DNA of 64,000 nucleotides from Moniliella sp. 'wahieum' (lineage: Eukaryota), in the NCBI GenBank assembly GCA_003971905.1, contig RSEE01000021.1, positions 372,001-436,000 of the forward strand. Direction: 5' to 3'. The notes under the pieces are model-generated. The model saw only the letters and a list, made by a program, of their open reading frames with translations, searched no databases and was not told the DNA's origin. Positions within the stretch are counted from its first letter, which is position 1. Each line of letters opens with the position of its first letter. Shown here one piece after another: positions 50,062 to 64,000 of this stretch. Made by a program: the position numbers and the translations under genes.

Positions 50062-50996
50062 GATGAGACCTGGAGTCCAGATGGTCCTCGAGGGTGATGC
50101 AATCGCACTGGTGGGTGGTGGTCTAAGCCAACCAGCAACGCCTACAGAGGACATCATCCATCAAGCAGCGAGTCGCCACAGGGGCTATAAGCTGCTGAAC
50201 AAGGAAAAACAGGAGAGAAAACAGAACTTCCAGGCATGAGGAGGAACTGAAGGGACTTTGGCCAAAGCACGAGCCACCTGATGGCTCAACAAAGAAATAT
50301 ACATACTGGTGCCACAATGGGCCTAGAAAGAGGATGCCAGAGCGGAAATCCTGAAATATGAGGGCTGTGAGCGGTCGGGAGAGGCATCGTCTGGCCACGG
50401 AGTCTTCGATATATAGGGGTCCTGCTGGCGATGGTCGACAAGAAGAAAGAAGAAGAAGACATAATGTCTTGTGATGAAATTAAACAACACAGGGGATCGA
50501 TCCAGATCATGCATCATGACCCGTGTGCATGAATCCCAATGATTAATGACTACGTCGCCACTTTGATGTGCGCGCGCTCAGGCCTCAGGCCCCTCAGGGC
50601 TCTCAAGACTGAGGCTGAGCTGAGCCAGGCTGAGCTGCTGAACGCATCATCTTAGGCCGATCGCATCAATCCACCTGTAACCCAATTAACCGCGTCTGGA
50701 CAGGCGTATTCTATGGCGCGCCGGGGCACACTACGGCACGAAAGTAAGACACTTCTGATGATCGAGATGAGATCTGGAGTCGTGATGCATGATGTCCTTG
50801 AGACGGTGATGCAATCGCACTATAGTAGTGGTGGTGGTCTAAGCCACGCAAACGCCTACAGATCACAGAGGAACATCAAGCAGCCAGTCGCCGCTGGGGG
50901 CTATAGGCGGGGGAACAAGAAAACAGATGCGAGAAAGCAACAGAACTGCTAGGCCTGAGGAAGACTGAAGGGACCTCGGCTAAAACACACGAGCCA
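50062..50996 (+). repeat. Diverged direct duplication of about 220 bp (50062..50276 and 50766..50996)
   Basis: Shared collinear blocks GATGAGA.CTGGAGTC, GGTGATGCAATCGCACT, GTGGTGGTCTAAGCCA, AACGCCTACAGA, CATCAAGCAGC, GGGGCTATA, ACAGAACT, ACTGAAGGGAC, CACGAGCCA. Confidence 0.9.
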
Positions 50997-51810
50997 TCAC
51001 CGGCATCACCCACGATGCTCCCAACAACTTATTCGACAATCCCTTGAGTGTACCTCCATGGGTGAGGATACGTTCAACGGTCAACGTTTACGCTATTAAA
51101 ACGCGGCAATAATAACCGTAACGCGTAACGCCAGGCCCCATTGGCTGCTGCTGTATGGGATGGTTTGATTGTGGGGCAGAAAAAAAGGGAATGGATACCG
51201 CCTGGAAAGGGAGGTCTTCTGCATCAAAAGAGGAGGGCAAACCGGGCGGAGGCAAGACTCAGGCGGACGAGGACGGGAACGGACGAGAAAACTGGAGACG
51301 CGGTGATGGTCGTCGTCACCACCACCGAGGTTCTGGGAGCGGAGGGGGGAGGGGGGGCGGGTGCCGTCTCTGAGACGTAAGAGTTGGGAGACCCAGAGGC
51401 TGGGGGTTGGGGGCTGGGGGCTGGGAGCTGGCGCTGCGGTCGTCTGGGCGTGGAGCTGCGAAAAGCAGAGTGGGCTGTCCTTGTGGCGGAATCGCAATCA
51501 CGCAGGGGGCGCATGGCACTGCCCCTGTGCGCCCTGGCCCGTAGCCCCACTGCCGTCATTAATCATTAATCATTTACGTATGCGCGGGCGCAGCCCGCGG
51601 CTACCAAGCACGGGGCCATGTGGCCGCTTGCTCCCACTTTGGCCGCTGCGGACACCACAGGGAATCTTCCGCTTCAGCGCCTCCTCTGCCACGCCCGCCG
51701 GTCCTGCTGCTCTGCTCCTGCTCTGCTCCTGGCCCCACATCCCCCCCGTCACGGCCGCTGCTGCCCTCGCCCCCTCCACGACTGCCTTGCCGCCCCTCCG
51801 CCCATCCGCC

Positions 51811-54800
51811 ATGGCTGCCGCTGCCGTGGACACATTCGACGCTGGGGCGAGCGCGCCACCCTCGGCTCCCCCCAGTGCTCCTCCGCCCATGCCCCCTGCC
51901 CCTCCCCCCGGCTCCACCACCGCTGCTACCAGCCATGCTCTCGCTGCCCTGTCTGCTGAAGGCATCGACTCCAACACTGCGTCCGAACTCATCCGCCTTG
52001 GCATCCCCATCACCAGCCCGGCTGCCATGCGGTATTTTGCTGCTGCGCCCCACCGCCCCCAGGTCCACTTTGGCGACTACCTCCTCCTTCAGACCCTGGG
52101 CGAGGGCGAGTTTGGCAAAGTCAAGCTCGGTGTCCATCAGGTATATGGTGAGGAGGTCGCCGTAAAGCTCATCCGGCGCGACCGTGTACCTCACACGTCG
52201 GCTGCCCACGCTGCTCCTGAGGAACGTGAGTCGCAGCGCATGTCCAAGATTGACCGGGAGATTCAGGTGCTTCGCTCGGTGCGCCACCCCAACATTGTGC
52301 GCTTATACGAGGTGGTCAAATCGGATCGATACATTGGCATTGTGCTAGAGTATGCGTCAGGTAGGTCGTCGTTTTTCTTATTGGCGTGCCTGTGCGTGTG
52401 CCCTGTGACTATACATCTTCTTTGCATCTTCTCAGGTGGCGAGCTGTTCGATCACATCCTTGCACACAAATACCTCCGCGAGAAGGATGCAGCCCGACTT
52501 TTTGCTCAACTTATCAGTGGTGTCAATTACATGCATCAAAAGCATATCGTCCATCGCGATCTTAAGCTGGAGAACCTGTTGTGGACCGAAACCGCAACGT
52601 GATTATCACCGACTTTGGGTTTGCCAACAATTTTAGTGACCGCTCCGATGATTTTATGGCTACCTCATGTGGATCTCCGTGCTACGCCGCGCCGGAACTG
52701 GTCGTCCAAGATGGACTTTACAACGGCTCCGCGGTCGACATCTGGTCTTGCGGAGTGATCTTGTACGCCATGCTGGCTGGCTATCTTCCCTTTGATGATG
52801 ACCCAGACAACCCAGATTCGGACAATATCAACCAGCTCTATCACTACATCCTTGCCACGCCTCTCACGTTTCCGGATTACATTACCCAGCTACCACGGGA
52901 ACTCTTGAAAAGGATGCTTGTGCCAGATCCTGTCCATCGCGCATCCATGAAGGAAGTGATGGCCCACCCTTGCTGATCGATTACCGCCCGCTATTTTCGT
53001 TTAGCCTAGAGGATTTGGAGCATGCCGCTGTCGAGCAACAGGCACGAAAGCGTCAAATGTACCGCAAACAGATGGAGCTACAACAACAACTCCAGGAGCA
53101 ACCTACACCAGCGTCCTTGCTTGTCCCAAACGGCCACGGTGTACCCGTGCGCAGCGAGACGATTGCCGAAATTCCTCAAACATCCGGATCTGCCACCCAG
53201 CCTACATACCGTAAAACTCTGCCATGCCTACCGCTCCTACCTTGTTGCAAGAGCGATTCGAGAACACCGAGGACTCTGAAGCACGCTCTTCAGCCCAGAT
53301 CAACCGGCACACCCCTTCAGGTGGAGTATAGTGCGCCACCTAGGATGCCCACAAGCCTTCCTCCAGTCCCGTCGGCTCCTGAAGCAATTCAACAAGATCC
53401 TTCTACCAAGTCGGAGCGTATGGAATGGATGCAACTCCTCCCCTTTCCATGCACAATGGACGCAACTGGGGTGGCTTGCGAGCGTGAGCAATCCTGCTGA
53501 TTCCAACGACATAAAGGGTACGGAGGAGGCCCCCTCAACGCAACCGAATCCTGCGACGAATGATGTGCCCGCATCCACTCAAGAGGATGTGAAAATGGAG
53601 GAATTGGGTGACAATGCTGATTCGACGCCCAGCCAGCTATTGTCTCTGAGAGCGAATCAACCGAGCCAAAGGCGCAGATGGAAGCTCGGGAACACCCAGC
53701 CCTTACCTCTAAGGACCCAGTCACCGACGTCCATGATATTCCTGCGGTCAACACATCCTCTACATCGGAGAGGCCAGACCTTTTGCAGGAAGCGTTACCC
53801 CAACAGACACACCCTTCAGATATATCGGCGACATCTATTCCCGTCCCGGTCTCTTCCTCTCCTGACTTGGGCCGAACTGCGGGGCTCCCGTGGTGGCCTC
53901 TGCGCCCAACTCCACGTTAGCAATTCCCAACAAGAAACCGTTTTCTATCCCGGCTAGTCTGGATACCCGAGCAAGATCGACTTCGCTCAGTGCTTCCCTG
54001 GAGAAAGATTCACCCATGACCGCAGCCGACCATCTCTGCTTCCGTTCAGTCACCGAGAGATACGTTCCTATCCCCGGCTCATGCCTATCGCTCTGCATCG
54101 CCTCAACCTGTGGTGGAAGAATCGCGGCACCCAGTCTTCGACTCCGTCCACCCCCCCACGCACTCGGCGGCGCGGTTATACCGCCCGTCTGCTGGATGGA
54201 GAGATATAACCATCGGGACGCGACGAAAGACGATCTCCTTGATCCCTTCCCTTCGGTCCGAAAAAGACCGCAAATCAGCATCCCAACTTACGACGCCACA
54301 GGTTGCGGTCCCCGTACCCCCAGGCTCGGTAGTTAAACCCGCCCGAGGAAGTTAAGCCAACCAATCAGGGTGAACAACTCGGCAGCCTCGAAACATTCAC
54401 CACCGCCGACCACCCTCCTGCATCGGATCAAGATCCTGTTGCCTCCACTCTTGCTCCTCCAGTGCGTCTGGTATTAGCCCCCTGTTGTCCGGTACGGTTA
54501 GTACCCCGACCACCACCGCATATGAGCCTAGCGTCAAAGGTTCGACTCGAGCGGCTAAGCGCGTCATGGACTGGTTCCGTGGACGCAGCCGCCACATCTG
54601 ACTTGATCCAGCCTACCGACCCATTCGCTGCTCCTACTGCCTGCAACCCCATGCCCCCAACAAGCTGTCAATGGTGCTAAGACGGTTACGGGGGGAAGAG
54701 TCCTGTCCTGCGCCTACGCATGCGCCTACAAACCCTCTGACACGCCACAGTCCCATCGGTCGTGCCGGGAGTGGGGTTGGCAGTAGTGCTAGCCGTGATA

Positions 54801-55592
54801 TGGGCTCGACGGTACCAAGTGAGGCGTCACCGAATGGCGCTGCGACCCAGGGACATCCTTCCGGGGCGGTTGTCGCAGTTGCTGGAAACGACGCAGAAAC
54901 TTTCTCTGATACTGTTTGCGCTACCACCAAGGGCAGTGACCAGCGTGCTTTGGACGTCTGTCATCCTCCCGAGATGTTGGACCGGTGCGGCAAGCGCTGG
55001 CTGGCTTGGGAATCGGATTGACTTGGCCAGCCAGGAAGCGTTCAAGTTGGAGTGTGTGCGTCCCAAGCGCGGGGGTCGTGCGGGTCTTGGATCGTTGGGA
55101 GCCAGCTTGCGTGCTTCGGTCTTTCCTTCCACCCAGGCTGCCTTGGACCGTACCTCGCGCAACCCATCGCCACACTTAACTCGGATCGCGTGCCTGGCTC
55201 CACTTCGCCCCCTGGTCATTCGTCAGGCTTCCGTGGCTTCCGTCTGCGTGGATCGTTGCTGCCGTTACCTTCCCAGCACCCTATGAGTGAGGGGGGAACG
55301 AGCCTCGCTTCGGCGGTGTCTTCAACCTCCTCCAACCCTGCCAGTTCACCGGGGTGTCCACTCCGCCGAAGGGGCCGGAGCAGGAGGGGTGGCACCTTGT
55401 ATGGCGAACGCAGTGTTGACAATGGCCAAGAAGTTCGGTTTCAGCGTCGAGATTACCCGGCTGAAGAACTTGCCCGGGCTGTATTCGATCGACATTCGTC
55501 GGATGCGAGGCAACGTATGGGCTTACAAGTTTTGCTACACCACTTTGCTTGAGCGTTGCAGTCCGTCTGAGGCGGTAGGAACCATGGCTTAA
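51811..55592 (+). CDS. Kin4/KfsA-like Ser/Thr kinase with C-terminal KA1-like domain
   Basis: [55 protein letters not shown]-terminal [32 protein letters not shown]. Intron 52361..52435. Confidence 0.9.
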
Positions 55593-56686
55593 GATGAGCC
55601 GTGCGCTTGCTACCCCGTACACTTTTCTTCACTCCTTTTTTTGTTGTCTTCTTTCACCTCTTCAACGATATCCTCTCTCCTCACGACCCTTCCAGCTCCA
55701 GGTACACCACCACTCGAAATCGCTGATCCTTCAAAACTCGACTGTTGGCACGATCTACCCTTTTCTTTCCACTGGTTCTACCTTATCAACCATTTTGTCG
55801 GGGCACATCTCTCCTCAATTATTCCATCTGCTCGTCCCGTACTTGGTCTTGCTTCGGCCAACTCGCTTTTGTGCGGCCTTTCTTATTGGGCCCTAGCAAT
55901 TCACTGTAACCCCAACCCTGGGCCCGCTATGTGCTCCCTCGCCCTGGGTTGGGTTGAATGTCCTTGCACCATAACCCTGCCCATCTCTCCTTATTGATCG
56001 GTTTTGCCCCGCTCTCATTGTCCTGCGTTTGACTCGGGCCTGCACCCTCCTACCTTTCTGGCCCTCTCCCAGAAAGCTCTGCCCCTCTTTAAGTTCCGGT
56101 CAGTTCGGGTTGGCTAGCCGCCTTCCCCCCTACGCCACCTGTTCCCACTTGCGGACAGCCTGACATAGTCTTTGTTCGTTCCGTCTTTCCATTTCCCAAT
56201 GTCTGGGATAACTAGTAACTAGTAACTCTAGCACCGCGCTGATCGCGAGACCCAGCCCATAGTGCATGCATATGAACGGTGAACGGTGAACGTTAAACAT
56301 TAAGTGCTGTTGGAAGAAAGTTTGGGGGGGGTCACACGTCAGCCAGCAGCGGTAGCTTCCTTCCCTGGCCATTCTGTCACATGTCAACTTAAGACTAGCT
56401 GCAGCTTCAATCAATGCACATAGTTCGATAGACATCCAGCCCGTTCGTCACCGCATCCACCCAAGTAAGTTGGTTGCCCTATTGAGTTGACATCAAAGAG
56501 GAGGAAGGATGCGTGGAAGAGGGTGGCGAAGAAGCAGGGGAACGGGCCGAGGAGGCGTTCGCATATACAGACGCAGAAGCCGAGGGGAAAAGGCAGGCCA
56601 ACCCATAGGAATAGGGAAGAATGGACTAACGTCATCGGAACACCTCTGGATCCAGGCTCCGTTCCATACCAGGTGCCAAAGCCGGA

Positions 56687-57776
<1,090 letters not shown>

Positions 57777-58113
57777 GGCGGTGGTGCAGACACGGGCGAG
57801 AGGGGGGGGGGGGCAGGCTTGGCGGCGACGGCGGCGACAGGGGTGGATGGAGGGACGAGTGATGGGCCACGGCCGCGGCTGCTTCTCAGCAGCCCGCCCG
57901 CCAGCCAGCGTGCGGATGTGGCGGGTGATGGCTGATGCGTGACGGTTGGCGATGGATGCGGCCTGCGCTGCTGCGAGGGGCAGGGGGCGAGTGTGCAGCG
58001 CGGCCGAGCAGCCGCGCTGGGAGACTGGCGCGGTGCTGCCGCGGAACAGCCAGACGCCGGCGCGGAAAGCGGCGGCCGAGGGGCGCACGACGCCAGCCTA
58101 AGGCCGCATCTGC

Positions 58114-60467
58114 CTATGCGAACACGACGCTGCCTGTCGCCGTCGCACCTGTCTGTGCGGGGGCTACGATACATGAGCTGCCTGGTCTCCGGTCTCTCGT
58201 GGGGACGGGCCTACATTCCCCCATCCTTGCGCGGCAGCAGGTGAGCTGCAGTGTCATGGCATCGTTGTCCTCGCTCTCAGTGTTGGGCAAGGCGAGAGGG
58301 TCGGGTTCAGACTCGGGTTCAGGTTCAGGCCTCCTTGTTGGCTTCTGCTGCGCCCCCCCTTCCATCCGCCTCGCGTGTGGGCCGGCTGCCGTGGCCGCGG
58401 CCGCGCGCGAGTACGGTCCCAGCAGAAAATAGAAGGCTGCATACCCCGCCACACCCGTAGACCCCACCGCCAGCGCCAGCAGCACTGGCTTCCATCGATT
58501 CAGCCGATCGGCCGCCAGCGGGTCCGGCCGGTCAAAAGGAGGAATGTGGATGGGGAACTCATTCGCCCGCGCTGCAATCTCGGCGCGTGTCCCTTCTCCG
58601 TCCAGTGGCTCCACCTCTGTCGGCACAGGCGAGTAGCCATTGAGCGCGGCCAGATACTGGTCCACCCGGAACGGCGGGGCTTCGATCCCAACCGCTAGGT
58701 AGGGTACCTTGCGGAAGCGCATGTTGATCAGCACATGCCACGTAACCACCAACTGATCCACCTCCTGCTTGCTCAGCGCCACCCCGCCCACGCGGCGCGT
58801 GCTGAGCCAGTGCTGGACCAACTTTGGCACGCCTTGGAACGTCCAAAGGACTTGAGCACCAGCGGGTGCGATGCTGTCCGCGCCACCGCGTTGACGCCGC
58901 TGTAAAGGCCGCCAGGTCCACGGGGGCCACCAGATCCGCATTGCCTGGTGTCTGCAGCACCGGACCGTGCCCAGCCTTGCCTGGCTTGACCGCACACAGA
59001 CCCTTGGCAACCGCGCGCAGGTTGGTCGTCATCGGATCCAACACGATCCCCACCCCGCCCCAGCTGTCGCGCGGCATCGCGCAAGTCAATCTGTGAGCCT
59101 TGTGTTACTTCCGGCACGGTCGAGTGGCGCGGCCGATGAGCAAACAGGCCATACGGGTTGGCTCCTACCGCATGCGATGGCCGACCGGGCGCATCGGCTT
59201 GAGGAGAAACGTTGGCACGGCCCGAGATGAGGTGGGCCATGCGGCGGCCTGCATCAAACACGCCAGTCTGGAGCAGCGCGGGTTTGTTGAGAGGCAACCC
59301 ATAAATACGGGGGTCAAACATGCCGGTTGGCCAAGCCACTGAATAAGGCGCGCCAAACGGCTTGAGCATCAACCGTTCCCGACTGGCCTCTTCGGTCGCC
59401 GCGTCGCGAAAGGAGGTGGGACCAACGCCATGGGTCAGCTTCACATCCCGGAACCCTTCCGCCGACCGCTCCACCATTTGCGCCGGCAACGAGCCCAGAT
59501 AATCGTGCGACAATAGCATCGTCCACAGTCCCGGCGTCTGCGGCACTTCGCGCAGCGACTTGACCCATCGTAGCTGGACTACATTTGGCTTGAGCGGCGG
59601 GACAGAGGCTTGTGGGGGGATGGGGACAACAGTTTTGCCGAGCGCTTGCTCAATTGCCACCTTGAGCACGCGCGCTTGGTCGCGTTGTCGCAGTCCTCTT
59701 CGCTCCACCAAAACAATTTGGTGCAGGGTGTTGCCAAAAGCAGGGCTCATCGCCATGGCCAAGATGAGTTCAGCCACCAACGCACCATCTTGTGGGTTGG
59801 TCACTACCAGACGCGTTTGCATTGGAGCTGAGCGCGAGGTAGGTTGGTGCGCCAACATGGTCTTGGCCCATTCGGCCTCGACCCGTCAAGCATTCGATCA
59901 TCGTTGCTGGCATGGCGACGTTGGCGTCGGCCATGCGTCGCGCAAAGACAGGGTCCAACTCGAGCCAGGCGCGATGGAAAAAGCCAGCCAGGCCAAACCG
60001 TAGGCCTTGCGCAAAAACGGAAGCTCCATCCAATCCCGCTTACGGTACTTGGACACATCGGTCAAGTGCCGACGGAAGCCCTCTGGGCGTGAGCCATTGA
60101 CGGTGGCCATAAACTCGGGAAAGGGCATAGGACCCGAAGAGCGGACATGGGAGAGCAAACGGATGCCCATGTCCTCCCCATCTGCCACAGGCGCATCCTT
60201 GGCGCGCGCTGCACGCTTTTGGTCAAACTCCTTCTTCATCACCCGAATCGCTTCGCTCGTCGGCATCTCCCGCGTGGCAGCAGCAGGAGGCTTGCGCACT
60301 TTGACCCGGCGCACCTTGGCTGGGCCGGCGGCGGGGGGCGAGGCGGGGGTGCGCTTCGGGGGAGGGGGGGTTGGTGGGGGCGGTGGCATATCTTCGGTAC
60401 GGTGCGAGAGCAGGCACCCGCACCGGGGCAACAGGCGCCCTGGCCACGACGGCGGTGGGGGCAGCAT
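58114..60467 (-). CDS. Divergent NDUFAF7/MidA-like SAM-methyltransferase-fold protein
   Basis: Presequence-like N-terminus, VRSSGPMPFPEFM, IVLVER, LRWVKSLREVP, LLSHDYLGSLP..EGFRDV, TPGNADLVAPVDL. The order and spacing of these motifs resemble MidA, but the motifs are degenerate. Confidence 0.6.
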
Positions 60468-61362
60468 GGGGGAGAGGCAGCCAAGGGGAGGCGACGGTCC
60501 GTCTCATCCTCCAGCCTTGGCCCAGGCAGAAGCTTCTGCCGTGGGAGCTTCTGCCGGCAAGCGCCCCAAAGGACGCCGCAAGCAAAGTGAAATTGCAACG
60601 AGCGGTTGCACCGAACACGTGACTGCCCCCTCCAGGCTGCGTCGTGCTGCTGCGTCCGTGCCCCGCCTGGCCGTTCCTATGCGCCACCACCCCACAGTCC
60701 CATCCCAGTGCCATCGGCTGATGCGTATCTCCCCATACCGCCACCGGCCTAGGCCTGCTTGGGCCCAGAGGGACGAGAGGGTGGGTACCGCCAGTGGGTT
60801 GCTAGAATCCAAGATTATGGATCGAGCGATCGCTCGTCTCGCCGCGTCTGGTTTAGCCGGCGGGTTCGGATGGATGGATGATGCAATGTGCGATGAATCT
60901 GGGAGCTGGAAAGTGGAAGGTGGGAGCGGATGGCAACCCGCCGAGACGATACTGAGTATAGACGTTGATATATTGATCGTGGACGCTGAGCGCTCGCAGC
61001 CACTTCTGTCGGAGCCGCCATATACTTGCCCTGTGCCCGCAGCCAATGCCTCCCCCTGAGGCAGATGGAATAAGTATAGCCGAAGTGCGGCTGCCCGCTT
61101 CAAGCTTCGTCTTCATCGATCATCTCGATCATCGAGATCATCCGGCTGTCTCGTCCCAACACAGCCAATCTCTCCCCGAGTCTGGCCAGGGTGTGGCTGG
61201 GGGCGGCCTGCGCTGTCTGCCGGAAGGCGTCGCCGGCTGAACTGGGAGCGTCGGCTCGCGTGTCGCCTCGGCCTCTCGGCTGCCAACAAACGCCTCATCT
61301 CCTTCCCCCTGCACCATCCTCGCGTTCTCCATCCCCACCACCTCCACCACCTCCCCCCCCCA

Positions 61363-64000
61363 ATGGCCTCGCAACCACTGGGCTCCGCCCCCCCGATGAG
61401 CCCCTCGGCCCCGCAGGTGCGGCTGCTACCCTCGGCCCCGGGCCCTTTCGGCACAGCTTTAGCCTCCAGAGCTCCCAACCGTCCTTGCCGCCCTGCGTCT
61501 CTTCCACCTCTTCACCCCCCCCCATCCACCGCGCCGAAGCCCTGGTGTTCTCTCATGATCCTGACCCGCTCTTCCTGTCCGGAAACGCCATGGGGCTCGC
61601 ACCTCCGTTCGCCTTCTCCGGCGACGATCAAGTAGACGACGCCATGCCCACCACTGATGTGCACCCCAGCGAAACACTGTTGAACTCTGACGTGGACATG
61701 TCGCCTCTGTTCTCTGCTCAACACGACTCACTCCCCGCCTCGCCTGCGCTGGGTCCCTCTGTCTCTTTCTTTGATCTGCCCCTGCCTACTGGATCGTCTC
61801 AAGCCAACTTCTTTACGCCCACCCATCTCGACCTGCTCCCTTCGGCTGACGCCAGGTTTTTCTCCGGCCTCGCCTCACCCAACGTGCACTCACCCACCAC
61901 CGAATCTTTCCCCTCCCCCCTGGCCGACACAACGTCCATATACAGCGCTGGCTCTTCCGTGGAAGGCAGCGCTTCCAGTTTCAACCTCACCTCCAGCACA
62001 ACCAATCAACCCGAGCTGCCGTCCGCATTTCTTCCCTCTGTCCCGGCCCCACCGTCAACTTTTTCGATCTTCGAGCCGTTGATGGCCAGCATACGCTCCT
62101 CCCTCTGCCCATTCATTTGATGGGGAGACAGAATCTGACTCGTTGATTCAACGTCGTCGGCGTCCTCGCGGGCAAACGGACTTGGTCGGCCACGGGTCCA
62201 AGCCGACAGGACTCACAGTCAGCACACCGTCAGCTGTGGGTGTCACTCCGCCTCCGCCCGCAGCCGCATCGCCCTATTCACCCAAACGCGTGCGCCCCAC
62301 CGCCCTTCGGGACTTCGCTTCTCCTCTACTGTTCTGGACCAGACTTCGGCCCCAGCGTCGCCGTCCCGACCAGAAGAAGGCATGCATCCATCGGGCTACA
62401 ACCCACCTACTTCGGCATGAATTTTGCCTCGTTCCCTGGATCGGGATGGATCGCACCCTTCCCACCCGGTCCCGCTCCCGTCGGACCTGGGACCGATGAG
62501 TTGTCCCCGACCGTGCTGCGGCCGCTAGACTCCATGCTCGCGAACGCCTCCCTTTTTGCTGCAATGGGGAACCCATTTGATATTTCGCCCTTCCTTACGT
62601 CCGAAACTCCCTCCGCAGTCCTCCCGCAATCCCAAAGTGGCGCAGATTCTCTCTCGCTCGACCCCTTGAGCACCGCGCTCCCGGCGTCACCGCAAGCTTC
62701 CCTTCCCAGTCGGGAGGGGCAAACTCCCTTCAACTCAAAAACAGTCCCCTCATCTGCCTTGGCTCCTCCAAACCAGCCTGGCACATCTGCCCAGCCGCAT
62801 TCCCTTGCTGCTCCCGTAGTAGGCATAACCCAACACGAAGCCGAGACAGTTGATTCTGCTTCTGCTAAGACTGCTGCTCTCACCGCCGGATCCTCAAGTG
62901 CGAAAACGGGATCGATTGCTTTCCCCTCATGCACGGATTCCGGAGAGAATGTGCCGCACATCCTCCCTCTATCTCATCTGACTCGCCTAGTCCAGGCCTA
63001 CCTTGCCGCACCGGCGGGCTCGCGCAATGGCGACCGCATGATTCGGTCTCTGACACCCAAAGTGGTTCAAAAGTCGTATGGACCAGTGGAGAAACGGTTT
63101 ATGTGTCCGCCTCCGATGCTGCTCTTGAGGCAGCAACTGGGTCACTCCGCTCGCCTCTCCCGCAGCTCAGGCGAAGGAGATGGGTGTGGGTGCGGGCGGA
63201 CTGGTGAGCTCATCCTTGTCGACCGGGATGGGGTCCACGCAGGCCGCGCGGGAGCCCAGGATGGCGCCAACCGTTCAGCCACGCCAATTGATGGTTGGGT
63301 GCAAAATGTCATACGAATCGACGGCGGAGTTCCGAATACCCTTGCGCTGGTGGAACACGGCGGGCCAAATGGTCGACATCCACCCTCCAAACTCGGTGTG
63401 CCAACCAGAAGAGGCATGGAAGACAATGATCCTGGCCAAATCAACGTTTAAGCAGATGGCTGTATCCGAGATAGCACAAGTGGCTGCAGCCGCCCGGCCT
63501 GGGACCAGCAGCGAGAAGGACGCAGCGGCGTTGCAGCGCGACGTTCACGCCGAGTTTGTCCTCACAGCCCCTTCCAGTGCGTACCCAGGCCAGCACAAGC
63601 TTCTCGGTACCTTTCCCTCGAGTCCGGTCCGCCGAATCATCTCCAAGCCGTCCAAGAAACGGCAGTCGATTCGGGGGTCGGAAAGTGAGTACTCCCATTC
63701 AGAGCAACTGCGCACACACCTACTAACAAGAGGTCTTTTTTTCTTTTTCTCTTCCTCTGACAGTGCTCATCACCCATGGTTCGTAGTCTCCCTTTTCCAT
63801 CGTCAGCGCGCCCAAGCCTCCTCGACCAAGCACCTCTGTGTAGCCCGCAGCGACCTCGAGGCCCGCTTCAAGACAGACGATGGGATCGCGCCGGACGAGT
63901 TGAGCAAGTTGCCGGGCAACTCGTTTGTTGCTGCCGATAATTACTGGGATCCTTTCGTCATCTACCTCGTTGATCCGGCCAAGCCAACTGGGAGCGAGTC
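61363..64000 (+). CDS. Fungal CSL (CBF1/RBP-J/Su(H)/LAG-1) transcription factor, 3'-truncated by the window
   Basis: Long Ser/Pro-rich N-terminus, KVVQKSYGPVEKRFMCPPP, IISKPSKKRQS, SLFHRQRAQASSTKHL, WDPFVIYLVDP. Intron 63685..63763. Confidence 0.9.

Overview
Eukaryotic, GC-rich, intron-poor fungal DNA, most consistent with a basidiomycete of the Ustilaginomycotina type (inferred from the HOG1, SEC61 and ATP1 sequences and the short GT..AG introns). Recognisable genes: a HapX-like bZIP factor, PLC1, a Sec14 protein, ATP1, SEC61, an epoxide hydrolase, an atypical Slt2/Mpk1-like MAPK, HSE1, an ELMO/CED-12 protein, tRNA-Val(AAC), a degenerate CMGC-like kinase, a FAM72-family protein, a Kin4-like kinase, HOG1, a divergent NDUFAF7/MidA-like protein and a CSL transcription factor cut off by the window end. 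Nearly every gene, including essential ones, has several 1-bp frameshifts. This points to an unpolished long-read assembly, so CDS boundaries are approximate. The most striking unexplained signal is intergenic. Dozens of 7-bp-period micro-arrays follow one rule whatever their sequence: a site abTNAxy is expanded to abTNAxy-y'x'TNAxy or abTNAb'a'-abTNAxy. This creates an A-NNNN-T palindrome at each junction, and 14 of the 16 possible palindromes were seen. The pattern resembles accumulated footprints of a recurrent cut, hairpin and repair process concentrated upstream of genes. All of this was read by eye; no searches or counts were run.
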